Shown in pieces: positions 16,037 to 26,157 of a stretch of DNA of 64,000 nucleotides. The position numbers and the translations under genes were made by a program. The DNA is taken from positions 6,956-70,955 of the forward strand of contig JBCLLY010000004.1 of NCBI GenBank assembly GCA_039738415.1. Reading direction: 5' to 3'. Source of the DNA: Candidatus Levyibacteriota bacterium. Its GTDB lineage: Bacteria; Patescibacteriota; Microgenomatia; Levybacterales; GWA1-39-11. Position 1 is the stretch's first letter. Every line of letters starts with the position of its first letter. The notes under the pieces are model-generated. The model did not search any database and was not told the DNA's origin. It worked only from the letters and a program-made list of their open reading frames with translations.

Positions 16037-17073
16037 TAAATTCTTTCGTAGGCAGATATTATTGACTTCATAGAAGACTCTATATCAAATTTTTTTGCCT
16101 GAATTAATCCTTTTTCCGATAGCTTTAGGCGAAGCTCTTTATCCTCATAGACTTTTTTAAGTGAGGATGCGATTGATAACTCAGAATTTGCATCAACATA
16201 CTCCACAGCATCTCCTCCTACCTCCGGTAAGCTCCCTTCGAGACTAGTTATAACCGGACACCCAGACTGCATAGCCTCTAGTACAGGCAAACCAAATCCT
16301 TCATCAAGCGAAGGCATTACCAAGCAAAGCGCCATATTATAAATGCTTACTAAATCTTCATCCGATATAAATCCTAAAACCGAAAATTGCTTTCCGCTTC
16401 CCATTTCTCTGTGCATTTGCGCTCTGGGAAGGTTCCAAGGATTATTCGTGTCAAACTCTTTTTCCCCGAGTGCCTTTCCTGCCAAAACGAGATTATAGGG
16501 AGTTTTTTTAAACGCCCTTACTAAAGCTGGTAAGTTTTTATTCCACGTAACGTCTCCTACATACAAGAAAAACTTATCGGGTAAATTATATTTTTTACTA
16601 AAGGTCTCTTTCTCCTTTTCAGATAAATCTATCTTTTTATAACGGGAATCCGCCGCAAGATACCCAACTTGCACTTTTTCCTCACTAACACCTACCAACC
16701 TGATTACGTCTTTTTTCGACGCTTTTGAATCTGCTATAACAGCGTCTACTCCTTTTAATAAAATCTTATTATATTCCCATTTTAGTTTTCCTTTTATTCC
16801 GCTGGGAAATTTATCGCTATATTTAATCGGAATTAAGTCGTGCACCGTAACTACAGTTTTATATTTTTTAAACAATGGCAATACCGGAAAGTATGGATCA
16901 AAATATGGATAATGAACTACATCAGCATCTTTGGGCACTTTTTTATCAAAAAAAATATAGTTATTTTTTTTGTCGTATTTTTCTATATTATTCTTCAGCA
17001 AAGAAACATATGATCCAACGCCTCTAACCTTATGTCCCGATGATAATGGGGAGATGTCAATTGCAATTTTCAT
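16036..17073 (-). CDS. glycosyltransferase family 4 (GT-B, group 1)
   Basis: 345 aa with the C-terminal EGFGLPVLEAMQSGCPVITS motif. Overlaps both neighbours (1 nt and 4 nt). Confidence 0.88.
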   Translation of the reverse strand: MKIAIDISPLSSGHKVRGVGSYVSLLKNNIEKYDKKNNYIFFDKKVPKDADVVHYPYFDPYFPVLPLFKKYKTVVTVHDLIPIKYSDKFPSGIKGKLKWEYNKILLKGVDAVIADSKASKKDVIRLVGVSEEKVQVGYLAADSRYKKIDLSEKEKETFSKKYNLPDKFFLYVGDVTWNKNLPALVRAFKKTPYNLVLAGKALGEKEFDTNNPWNLPRAQMHREMGSGKQFSVLGFISDEDLVSIYNMALCLVMPSLDEGFGLPVLEAMQSGCPVITSLEGSLPEVGGDAVEYVDANSELSIASSLKKVYEDKELRLKLSEKGLIQAKKFDIESSMKSIISAYERI

Positions 17074-18260
17074 TTTCTAGCATTAATTTTAAAAATAAGT
17101 TTTGATATTTTATATATAAATGAAACCGCAAGAATGTAAAAAAACGGAATTATTGTCAGAAAATAGTTTGTGGAGGAAAAACCCGTCGACAAGCTTAAAC
17201 AATAAACTACTAACCACAGAAATATGAACTTTTCTGCATCATTAAAATTAATTTTCTTGAAAAATCCGTAAATAAAGTAACCAAATGTCAGCAAAGTAGA
17301 AATAGGCCAAGTAATTAACCACTGTGGGTCATGGGATATCTCCCAATTTCCCCACCACGTATGCCATCTGTTAAAAAGTAAAAGATCCCAAAAAGTAAAA
17401 GGGAGAATGAATTTGGAGGAATGATAAGCAAGAATATATTTCTGTATTCCAAAAATCTGGATTATACTATACCCGTCCATCATGGTTCTTGTATAAGAAA
17501 AAACCAGTATTACCAATGAAAGAGGTAAGGTAAGAATAAAAAATAAGAATTTTTTGTCAATTCCTCTTCTATTGTAGAGGAGATACAAAATCATACAAAA
17601 AACGAGGACACCTCCCGTTACAAAGAACCTGGTGCTTATAATAACTCCTAAAAATAATGATGTTAATATAAACCATTTTTTATATTTTTCCGTTTCAAGT
17701 GCTTTTATAAAAAAATAAAAGGCAAAAATGATAAATGGTAATTGTATGGGTTCAACCAGGGGGGCATAGTTAAATTTATTAAGGAATAATGGTTCATTAA
17801 TTAATATCCCCAAAGGTATCAAGGCCCAAAAAGAATTCTTAATTACTTGCTTTCCAATAAGGAAAATCCCTAACGCTGCAAATGCCAATAACAAAACTAT
17901 TAAGGTACGGGGATTATCAAACAATAGTATCGAGACTGAAATTATATAATTTCCAAGCGGCGGATGATCGTGCGTAATCATAATTGGGTTTAACCCTTTT
18001 AAAAAAGCGCCCCCCGCAAATGAACGGAAAATTTCATCGCTAATTATAATTGGGTTTTTCTTTTGCACAAACTGTGAGGAATAGTACGATTTTTTATAAG
18101 TCTCATATTGTTTTTCGTATCCTGGAGAAAATAAATAATCCTTATTTTTTATAATTGTCCCTACTGGTCTTGCAAAAATTAAAAGAAGAAGAATGAAAAA
18201 AACTAGCTTTCTTTTATCTTTAAGTAATTTTTTTGTCTGATTGATAATTTTTTTAAGCAT
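17070..18260 (-). CDS. polytopic GT-C-like glycosyltransferase (PMT/GT39-like HPPLG motif)
   Basis: 396 aa with about 10 hydrophobic segments. The first loop contains ITHDHPPLGNYI. Confidence 0.6.
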   Translation of the reverse strand: MLKKIINQTKKLLKDKRKLVFFILLLLIFARPVGTIIKNKDYLFSPGYEKQYETYKKSYYSSQFVQKKNPIIISDEIFRSFAGGAFLKGLNPIMITHDHPPLGNYIISVSILLFDNPRTLIVLLLAFAALGIFLIGKQVIKNSFWALIPLGILINEPLFLNKFNYAPLVEPIQLPFIIFAFYFFIKALETEKYKKWFILTSLFLGVIISTRFFVTGGVLVFCMILYLLYNRRGIDKKFLFFILTLPLSLVILVFSYTRTMMDGYSIIQIFGIQKYILAYHSSKFILPFTFWDLLLFNRWHTWWGNWEISHDPQWLITWPISTLLTFGYFIYGFFKKINFNDAEKFIFLWLVVYCLSLSTGFSSTNYFLTIIPFFYILAVSFIYKISKLIFKINARK

Positions 18261-18262
18261 TT

Positions 18263-19240
18263 TTATTTTTTATTTGTGTGCCATTTCCATGCGCTCGCAA
18301 CAATTGTTCTTAAATCGGAATATTTAGGCTCAAATCCTAGCTCAGATTTTATTTTTTTAACGTCTGCTACCAACTCACTTGAATCTCCAGCACGTCTTTC
18401 TACCTCAACTACAGGAAAATTAACATCACTCACCTTCTTTACCATTTCAATTACTTCCCTGTTGGAAAATCCTTTCCCCGTGCCCACATTATAATAATGA
18501 CCACCACCATCATTAAATAGTTTATTCAATGCAAGAATGTGTGCTTCTACCAAATCCAGAACGTGTATATAGTCCCTTACACAGGTTCCGTCCTTTGTAT
18601 CATAATCTGTTCCAAATAACTTGAACCCCGTATTATTAATTGCTGCCTTTATAGCAAGAGGAATTATGTGCGTTTCAGGATCGTGGTTCTCACCAAGACT
18701 CCCGTCAAGCGCTGCCCCGCAAGCATTGAAGTATCTTAGGATAGTAAAGCTAATTGAATCATCTTTTCCTCTTAATTCCTCTAAGTTTTTCTCTGTTTTT
18801 AACTTACTTTCGCCGTAAGGACTAACCGGATTTTTAGGATGATCCTCAGGTATAGGAACTTCAACGGGATTTCCGTATACCGCAGCAGTTGAGGAAAAAA
18901 TGAAATTTCTAACTTTTCCTATCTCATTGGCTGAATTAAATAGATTGTTAGAGCCAACTACATTATTTTCGTAATACTTTTCAGGTTCTTTTGACGATTC
19001 TTCCACCGAAATTAGTCCTGCAAAATGAATAACCGCATCAAATTTATTTTTAGAAAACAACTCATTCAAATCCTGAAGATTTAAAATATCACCCAGTACG
19101 AATTGTGCCCTACTATCGACTGCTTCCCTGTGTCCTCTTTTCAGATTATCAAAAACCGTAACACTTTCTCCGCGGTCAAGTAGAGCTTTTACCATAAAGC
19201 TTCCTATGTAACCTGCACCACCAGTGACTAATATATTCAT
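18263..19240 (-). CDS. galE: UDP-glucose 4-epimerase
   Basis: 325 aa. MNILVTGGAGYIGS, catalytic YGESKLKTE (YxxxK), and RYFNACGA. Confidence 0.92.
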   Translation of the reverse strand: MNILVTGGAGYIGSFMVKALLDRGESVTVFDNLKRGHREAVDSRAQFVLGDILNLQDLNELFSKNKFDAVIHFAGLISVEESSKEPEKYYENNVVGSNNLFNSANEIGKVRNFIFSSTAAVYGNPVEVPIPEDHPKNPVSPYGESKLKTEKNLEELRGKDDSISFTILRYFNACGAALDGSLGENHDPETHIIPLAIKAAINNTGFKLFGTDYDTKDGTCVRDYIHVLDLVEAHILALNKLFNDGGGHYYNVGTGKGFSNREVIEMVKKVSDVNFPVVEVERRAGDSSELVADVKKIKSELGFEPKYSDLRTIVASAWKWHTNKK

Positions 19241-19243
19241 AAA

Positions 19244-19278
19244 ACTTATGACTTATGACTTAAGACCTAAGACTTAAG
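19244..19278. repeat. heptanucleotide tandem repeat x5 (acttatg/acttaag/acctaag)
   Basis: Fills the 33-nt spacer between the GT2 stop (19274) and the galE start (19240). Confidence 0.85.
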
Positions 19279-20071
19279 TTGCTCCTCCTTCCAAACTGTC
19301 CTTTCTTCTCAAATACTTTATATATGATGCTGGAAATCGCAACGCAGACATCAGAGAAAAAACAAAGCCCTGCCAAGAGTCGTAAAATCCCTTATGACGA
19401 ATATATGTAGTAAGAAGCCAATGAGCAGGTCTTAAGACAAGATATCCAAAACCCCTAAATATCCTATCTATTTTATTTTTATCTTTCATTTCCTCCCGGA
19501 TTTGTTCTGCAAAAAGAAGATTATACCTATTCCATTTATTTACATAAAAAGCAAAATCTTTGTATGGATAGTGCAACAATGCGCTTTTTAAATAACCTGT
19601 CTTCCCATCGACCTCTGCCTGCTCATGTACGTCTTTTTGTGGAAGTCTACCCTTTCCATTTCTATAAAATCTTATGGTGTAATCGGGGTATTGTCCGCCC
19701 TTCATAAGAAATCTTCCTAAGAAGAAATTTTTTCTAGGCATCCAATAACCGTTCTCTTCTGGATTACTTTCTACTATCTCCTTCATCTCGCTTTCCAACT
19801 CCGAACCTACAACCTCATCAGCATCCAGCTGTAATATCCAGTCTCCCCTAGCAGCATCTATGCCCATCTGCTTATTTATATGAAAATTTGATTTATTTGT
19901 GGTAACTATAACGCGTGCCCCAAGGGACTTTGCTATTTGAACAGTCCTGTCTTTTGAAGTCCCATCAACAATGACTATTTCATCAGCCAAATCTTTAACC
20001 GCAAGAAGACACCTCTCTATGTTTTCTTCTTCATTAAATGTTGCAAGTACAACCGAAAGAGTTTTACTCAT
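19274..20071 (-). CDS. glycosyltransferase family 2
   Basis: 265 aa. LSVVLATFNEEENIERCL, VDGTSKDRT, and QLDADE (DxD). A -10-like tattat ends 6 nt upstream of the ATG. Confidence 0.88.
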   Translation of the reverse strand: MSKTLSVVLATFNEEENIERCLLAVKDLADEIVIVDGTSKDRTVQIAKSLGARVIVTTNKSNFHINKQMGIDAARGDWILQLDADEVVGSELESEMKEIVESNPEENGYWMPRKNFFLGRFLMKGGQYPDYTIRFYRNGKGRLPQKDVHEQAEVDGKTGYLKSALLHYPYKDFAFYVNKWNRYNLLFAEQIREEMKDKNKIDRIFRGFGYLVLRPAHWLLTTYIRHKGFYDSWQGFVFSLMSALRFPASYIKYLRRKDSLEGGAT

Positions 20072-20126
20072 AAAATGATAATACTAAGAAAGCTTTGCTT
20101 TTACAAACTTAGACTAATCAAGAAAC

Positions 20127-21626
20127 TTATTTAAACTTTAATTTTTCAACTCTTAGCGCACCTTGCCTAAATTCGCCTTCTTTTTCTCCCCATTTAGACA
20201 CGGTATTCTTAAGCCAGTCATTTTGATAATTCTTATTTCCCGGATCATCTTGAATAATTACAAAAAGAAGCTTGCTGTTTTTATTTTCAGGTATATATCC
20301 ATACTTTGTGCTCCCGTAGTACCAGAAAAGATATTCCCACCCATCCTGCATCCAAGATGGAATTGTATAGGATTGAAAATAAAACGGTTTTCCGTTTGCC
20401 TGCTTATATATCTTTTCAACTACTAATCTTTGGTCAACATATTTTAAATCTGGTTGAGTAGCCTGGAAAAAAACATTTTTATTAATTGGTAAGTACTTAA
20501 ACCAAGCAAAAAAATTAATTATTAGCAATAAAATTACCAGTAAGGCTCCCAATGTTCTTTTTAAAGACCAAACTTTATCTATTAAAACCGATACTAAAAT
20601 AATTATTGCAAGAAGTGAAGATGCAAAATAATGATATAAGGGATTATATTTTAATAAAATGAATACGATAAAAGGAGAGAATATCCAAATTAATAAAAAA
20701 TAAACGCCTATTTTACTTTTGTTTAAAATATTAATAAGACTAAATAATCCAAAAATAAATATAATAACCGCTAGTATTGGAAAAAACGGGATTATTGAAT
20801 CAGAAAATAAATGTATAAAATTATCTACCGAACCCGTAGCAGAACTTACAAAAGAACCATAAAAACCAGTTTGTTTTGTCAAAAGCTTAATAAGACTATT
20901 TGTTATTAAAAAATTATGCCTAAGATCAAACAATATATAGTTTGCAACCGAACCAAATAAAAGTATGCCAATTGCTAAAAAAAGATGAATTAGTTTTTGC
21001 TGTAAAAACCTTTTTCTAAAGACAACTACAACAAAAAATATTATTAACGAAAAAATTATAAAATTCAGAAACTCTGCCTGTCCTGCCAAAATAAAACAAA
21101 TGGCACTAGGTATTAAATAATTATTTTTTCCTTTTAAAAACTTTGCTAAAAATAAGAAAAATAAACTGGATATTAAAATTATAAGTGGAGGATTAGATAG
21201 CCATCTCGCCATAACAATCGCTCCAAAAGAAAAAGTAAAAAGCACCGAAGAGATTAAAGCAACTCTTTTATTAAATAATTCTTTTGTTAAAAAATACAAA
21301 GGAAAAACCGTTAATGAATTTAAAAATATAAAAAATGTTCCAATTAACAAAGGGTTTCCTTTACTTAAGAAAAAGGGAATTGTAGCTAAGTAGTAAAATA
21401 TCGGACCATGAAATATTCCATCTATATCAGTTTTTGAACCTATTAAAACTAAATTATGGTTTATAACAATATCTTTTACAACCAGAAGGTCTCTTCCTTG
21501 CTCCGGTCCAAAAAAAAGATTTTTGTCTATTAAATACAGCCTAAACAATAAACCTAAAATAAAAAGAAATCCTAAAATTAAAAAATCAGGATTCCTAAAA
21601 AGTTTTTTTATGCTATTTATTGACAT
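20127..21626 (-). CDS. polytopic GT-C-like membrane glycosyltransferase, paralog family A
   Basis: 499 aa. First-loop GPEQGRDLLVVKDIVINHNLVLIG...HGPIFYYL, more than 10 TM segments, and a soluble C-terminal domain LLFVIIQDDPGNKNYQNDWLK. Confidence 0.7.
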   Translation of the reverse strand: MSINSIKKLFRNPDFLILGFLFILGLLFRLYLIDKNLFFGPEQGRDLLVVKDIVINHNLVLIGSKTDIDGIFHGPIFYYLATIPFFLSKGNPLLIGTFFIFLNSLTVFPLYFLTKELFNKRVALISSVLFTFSFGAIVMARWLSNPPLIILISSLFFLFLAKFLKGKNNYLIPSAICFILAGQAEFLNFIIFSLIIFFVVVVFRKRFLQQKLIHLFLAIGILLFGSVANYILFDLRHNFLITNSLIKLLTKQTGFYGSFVSSATGSVDNFIHLFSDSIIPFFPILAVIIFIFGLFSLINILNKSKIGVYFLLIWIFSPFIVFILLKYNPLYHYFASSLLAIIILVSVLIDKVWSLKRTLGALLVILLLIINFFAWFKYLPINKNVFFQATQPDLKYVDQRLVVEKIYKQANGKPFYFQSYTIPSWMQDGWEYLFWYYGSTKYGYIPENKNSKLLFVIIQDDPGNKNYQNDWLKNTVSKWGEKEGEFRQGALRVEKLKFK

Positions 21627-22899
21627 CTACTCCTTTTTCTCTCATTAAGTAATAATAAATATAGCTTTCGGGTACTCCCTGTTGGTATTTAATCTCTCCA
21701 CCGCTGTTAATTACACTTGTGACTCTTTTCTCAACATCTGCTAAGCCGCCGGTTTGATTGGGAAGAAAACTTATTATGTTAGTTACGGAAAAGTATATTA
21801 AAATTATCAAAACTAATACCTTAGGAATATAATTTTTTATCATCCAAACTCTTGCAAAGAAATACGAAATTATTAAAAGTGCTATAAATCTACTAATTGA
21901 GAAATAATAATCCGTTATTTCACCACTGTAAGTTGAAAAACCAAACCATGGAACAATAAACCAAAGAAGAACCAAATAACAAAATATTAATTTTTCTCTG
22001 GAAACCGATTTGTAAAGATAACTAAGAAAAAATAACGGAAATAGAACGTATTTTAAGGGCATTAAAGCATGAGTATAAGTATAATGCTCAAATTGGATTA
22101 AACCATCTCCCAAAAGCTGCATTACTCTTCTTAAATGAAATCCATGAAAGTTTGCAGTCAAATAAGAACCAAAACCAGAGTATTCACTTTTTTTAGCAAA
22201 CTCGGCAATGGTGCTAGGTAATACCCATATTAAAAATGCTGGAATTGAAATTAAAATATATTTTAAGGTTTCTCTGGTTCTAGGAAAAAATGGTAAGGCT
22301 AAAACTATCATTATCGGGAAAAAAATTGCAGTGAAATGTATATTAAAAAAAAGTCCCGTCAATGCTGCCAAGATAATTATCTTTTTAGTATCGCCTTGGG
22401 TAATCCTATACAAAACATAGAAGATTAAAAGAGAAATACTTGGAATAAAATTAATTGGTACTTGTACTCTATCAAAATTAATAGATGGAAGAGCAAAAGT
22501 ATAGAAAAAAACAGCAAATATCGCAACTTCTTTTGAAAATAATTTTTTAGAAACATAAAATATAACCCAAAAGCTAAAAATGCTTGCAAACCCCGCCGCA
22601 ATTCCAATTGCAATAGGATCCAAATTCGTTATCCAATAAATAACTGCCAGAAAATAATAATAGAATGGCCCCACATATATTCCGCTATTTGCTTTTGCAG
22701 CCATTCCAATAAGCGGAAACTGATGATCTACGACTATGTTTTTGGCAGCCCAGGCGTTATCAACTTGATCATAACCAAAAGCATTCCTGGTATCCATTTG
22801 ATAAAAACGCAGGAAGAGCTCAAACAAAAAAATGATAATTAGAACAATTGTATATTTATTTTTTTTAATCCAATCAAAATATTTTTTAAAGTTTTTCAT
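21613..22899 (-). CDS. polytopic GT-C-like membrane glycosyltransferase, paralog family A (short)
   Basis: 428 aa. FGYDQVDNAWAAKNIVVDHQFPLIG...VGPFYYYFL aligns with the first loop of its two neighbours. Confidence 0.65.
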   Translation of the reverse strand: MKNFKKYFDWIKKNKYTIVLIIIFLFELFLRFYQMDTRNAFGYDQVDNAWAAKNIVVDHQFPLIGMAAKANSGIYVGPFYYYFLAVIYWITNLDPIAIGIAAGFASIFSFWVIFYVSKKLFSKEVAIFAVFFYTFALPSINFDRVQVPINFIPSISLLIFYVLYRITQGDTKKIIILAALTGLFFNIHFTAIFFPIMIVLALPFFPRTRETLKYILISIPAFLIWVLPSTIAEFAKKSEYSGFGSYLTANFHGFHLRRVMQLLGDGLIQFEHYTYTHALMPLKYVLFPLFFLSYLYKSVSREKLIFCYLVLLWFIVPWFGFSTYSGEITDYYFSISRFIALLIISYFFARVWMIKNYIPKVLVLIILIYFSVTNIISFLPNQTGGLADVEKRVTSVINSGGEIKYQQGVPESYIYYYLMREKGVDVNK

Positions 22900-24425
22900 T
22901 AATTAATCCTCGTCTGAACAATTATTCCGCTTTTAAATTTTTGGGTTTTTATTACTTTCCCATCACCCTTTCTTTGTTCTAACCAATTAATAAGCCTAAA
23001 GGGATATTGCGTGTCTGGCTCGAGAATAACAAAAAACAAACTATCTTCATTATTGTCCGGTGTGTATCCGAACTGCTTTTGTCCATACCATTGAAAGAGA
23101 TATTGATAAGTATAGTCGTGAAGAGGAGGCGTGTAAACAATATACTTAAATGGTTTTCCATTCGCCTCTGTATAGACATAATCAATAACGGCCAGATTAT
23201 TCCGGTACACAGAGACATCTCCTTCCCATATTGGTCCTCTGAAATCATCTATAAGACGAACGGGATTCATATTCGCAATCACAATAACTCCGGCACCGAT
23301 AAGAATGATTGTTTTAAATTTTGGGAATGCTATATGAAAAAATGCTAAGCCAATACCAATGAATAAGATGAACACAACCGGCAAGCCAACTATATAATGT
23401 GACCAAATATCGTGCCCAAAACCCAGTAAGCCAATATAAAAAATAAGAATCGTAAATGCTAGAATTTTGACAAATGTCTTTAAGCTCTTCTCGCTTTTCC
23501 CCCATCCCCTAAGAAGACCAAAAAAAATAAGCATAACTAACAAGAATGCAAGAATATCATTTCCTACCCCCACCGTATCCTTCCACAAATCCCACAAAAC
23601 AATAACTCTTGGAATAACTCTTTCCGGAATGGATACCTCACTTCCTCCGGGAAACGTACCGGTAAATGCAGACAAAACTGCATTTGTCATCAAGAAATTA
23701 TGTTTTAACTCAAAAAATATCCGAGGGCTCAAAATGAGAACTGTCCCGGCAATAAACGCGCTAACTGTCTTAAAAGACAGCGACCGACCTAAAAACAAAA
23801 TTCCACCAAGAACTACTGAACCTGAAAGAAGAACGCCATATACTACTTGCGCGTCTAAGGCAAGTTGCAGTAGTATGCCTATGAAAAAAAAGTGCCAGAC
23901 CGATACCTTCTTTTCTTTTTTCTCTTCATATCGCAAGACTACATATATAAAAACAAATAGAAGCAAAGTGATAAAAGGAGCAATATTAGGATTCCAAATC
24001 TGAGTAGTTAGTCCAAGCATTATGGGAGAAAAACTAAGAAGTCCTGCTATAACCAGACCGACTGATGGTGAGTATAACTTTTTGCCAAAATAATATCCCA
24101 GAACAACGGTTACAAGACCAACTAAAACGATAAAACCAGCTACTGCCTGCGGATTTCCATTTCCCAGAATGAAAGATGGAGTAAGTATATAGTACCACCA
24201 TGGTCCGTAAAAAAGCCCCGGGAGGCCGGTGGTAGGACCAATAAATGGAATGTTATGGTCGATAACAATTGCTCTCAGAGCGAGAAGATCCCGCCCAACA
24301 TCATAAGTATAAGCAAAAGAATTTTCAAAAACTCCCTTTAAGCGTATTACCGCTCCGGCAATAAGGATTAATAAAAACAGGAGGTTGGAAATTGGATTTT
24401 TTTGTAACACCTTCCGGTTATTCAT
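22899..24425 (-). CDS. polytopic GT-C-like membrane glycosyltransferase, paralog family A
   Basis: 508 aa. YDVGRDLLALRAIVIDHNIPFIG...YGPWWYYIL, with C-terminal SLFFVILEPDTQYPFRLINWLE. Confidence 0.7.
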   Translation of the reverse strand: MNNRKVLQKNPISNLLFLLILIAGAVIRLKGVFENSFAYTYDVGRDLLALRAIVIDHNIPFIGPTTGLPGLFYGPWWYYILTPSFILGNGNPQAVAGFIVLVGLVTVVLGYYFGKKLYSPSVGLVIAGLLSFSPIMLGLTTQIWNPNIAPFITLLLFVFIYVVLRYEEKKEKKVSVWHFFFIGILLQLALDAQVVYGVLLSGSVVLGGILFLGRSLSFKTVSAFIAGTVLILSPRIFFELKHNFLMTNAVLSAFTGTFPGGSEVSIPERVIPRVIVLWDLWKDTVGVGNDILAFLLVMLIFFGLLRGWGKSEKSLKTFVKILAFTILIFYIGLLGFGHDIWSHYIVGLPVVFILFIGIGLAFFHIAFPKFKTIILIGAGVIVIANMNPVRLIDDFRGPIWEGDVSVYRNNLAVIDYVYTEANGKPFKYIVYTPPLHDYTYQYLFQWYGQKQFGYTPDNNEDSLFFVILEPDTQYPFRLINWLEQRKGDGKVIKTQKFKSGIIVQTRIN

Positions 24426-26127
24426 ATTGTTTTATTTTGGGGACATCTATCTCAAGTATTCTGAATGCGACGGTTCCATCAGGTCTAAAAATCTCTTTCA
24501 AAGTTTTTACCTCACTTACCACAAGACAAGTTCCGAGATCAACATATAGAGTATTAAACTGCCCCTTATCAACTTCTGTAGATGCAGTATAGGATGGACA
24601 GTCTTCTGTCTTAAAACGGTAACCATCAAGCAAAAGATTATTTTTATCCCTTGGCGAACCCATATCTTGAAAAGTCTTCGGATCAAACTTGTTGTAAAAT
24701 AAAAAGAAAATCACATGATTTCCCTGGGAGGAAGTAGTGATAATGGGTCTTCCTTCATTTCGATATGACTGCAATGTCTTAATAAGCTCTCTCTCCCCTT
24801 CATTTCTATATCGTGATTGATGAGTTGATGAATGATGAAAATAATTATGAAAAAAGGTTACGATAGGGTAGGACAGTACGAATACTAGCACTGATATGAA
24901 CACATACCGCAATCTTCTTTTCGTAAATGCATTGATAATCATATATAACCCATATGCGCACAGCATCACACCACCCGGTAGCATCATGATTGCGCGCTGG
25001 AAATGAGGAATATCCTCAAAAGTAAATGCTGCCGGAATTGGTCCAAGAAAAAACCAGACAATTGGCAGTGCGAGAAGCATCGATCTTTTACTTTCCTTTA
25101 TAAAAAAAGTAATTAGAAGAGAAAGACCCGCTAAGAGAAAAAGAGCATCGTGATAGTGAAACGTCCCTTGCCATGGAATCATATACCGCTTAGGTAGTCC
25201 ACCTTCAAAGAAAAGGAAGTTTGTAGAAAAATGCTCCCCATAGTTAACAAGAGCCGTATAACCATAGGCAACAACGTTATTATGGAAAAATTGGACCACA
25301 AGAGGCGGAAAACCTTTATCCTCACTTCGTTGGTCATACATAAAAATCTGGGTAGCAGGATTGGTAAAAATACTGACATTTCCAACACGTCCCTGCCCCT
25401 CACCAACCATAAATAACACAATTAGTCCCAACATCACCCCAAATGACATCACCACAAGCGCTATTTTATTCCAACGTAAAATTGTACGAGAGAAAACCGT
25501 TACTCCAGCTACATATACGAGAAGAAAAGGAAGGAAATATCTGGCTGCATGGTAGAACTGAAAACTAATGACGAACAGCACAGCAGAAATACCAAGATAA
25601 AATAAAGGAAGAAAAGTTACTTTCTTTTCATTCTTTCGTAAAAATCGCAATACGAGAGCTATACCTCCCATAACAAGTGCCAGCGCAACAATACTTTCAG
25701 ATGTTATTCTTGAGGCGGTAAGATGCCATGGATTAACAGCCATAATTGCGCTTGATAAAAGAGCAATCTTTCTGTTTTGAAAAATTTCAAAAGCAAGGAA
25801 ATACATAATAATTACACTTACTCCACCCACAACAGCAACAGGAAATCTGGTTGCAAATTCCGTTAATCCAAAATAAGCAATCGACGGAACAGTTAAAAAA
25901 TGAAGTCCCGATGGGCGGAAGTCACCAAACTGGTCTACCGAAAGCGAGAGAAAGTTATTATTTTTATCTTTTGCGGTTTTTTGAAGCGAATAAGCATTGT
26001 ACCCAATATGCGCTTCGTCTTCAAGAAATCCGGCAGGAGTTTTCCCGAGATCATAAATCCTTATAAAAAGGGCGAAAAAAACTATCCCAAGAAGGAATAC
26101 GTTTACTTTTTTAAGATTCTTGTGCAT
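24418..26127 (-). CDS. GT39/ArnT-PMT-like GT-C glycosyltransferase, paralog family B
   Basis: 569 aa. First-loop LEDEAHIGYNAYSL...FGDFRPSGL and many TM segments. Confidence 0.75.
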   Translation of the reverse strand: MHKNLKKVNVFLLGIVFFALFIRIYDLGKTPAGFLEDEAHIGYNAYSLQKTAKDKNNNFLSLSVDQFGDFRPSGLHFLTVPSIAYFGLTEFATRFPVAVVGGVSVIIMYFLAFEIFQNRKIALLSSAIMAVNPWHLTASRITSESIVALALVMGGIALVLRFLRKNEKKVTFLPLFYLGISAVLFVISFQFYHAARYFLPFLLVYVAGVTVFSRTILRWNKIALVVMSFGVMLGLIVLFMVGEGQGRVGNVSIFTNPATQIFMYDQRSEDKGFPPLVVQFFHNNVVAYGYTALVNYGEHFSTNFLFFEGGLPKRYMIPWQGTFHYHDALFLLAGLSLLITFFIKESKRSMLLALPIVWFFLGPIPAAFTFEDIPHFQRAIMMLPGGVMLCAYGLYMIINAFTKRRLRYVFISVLVFVLSYPIVTFFHNYFHHSSTHQSRYRNEGERELIKTLQSYRNEGRPIITTSSQGNHVIFFLFYNKFDPKTFQDMGSPRDKNNLLLDGYRFKTEDCPSYTASTEVDKGQFNTLYVDLGTCLVVSEVKTLKEIFRPDGTVAFRILEIDVPKIKQYE

Positions 26128-26157
26128 GAGCTATACCTATAATATCAAAAAAAATAC

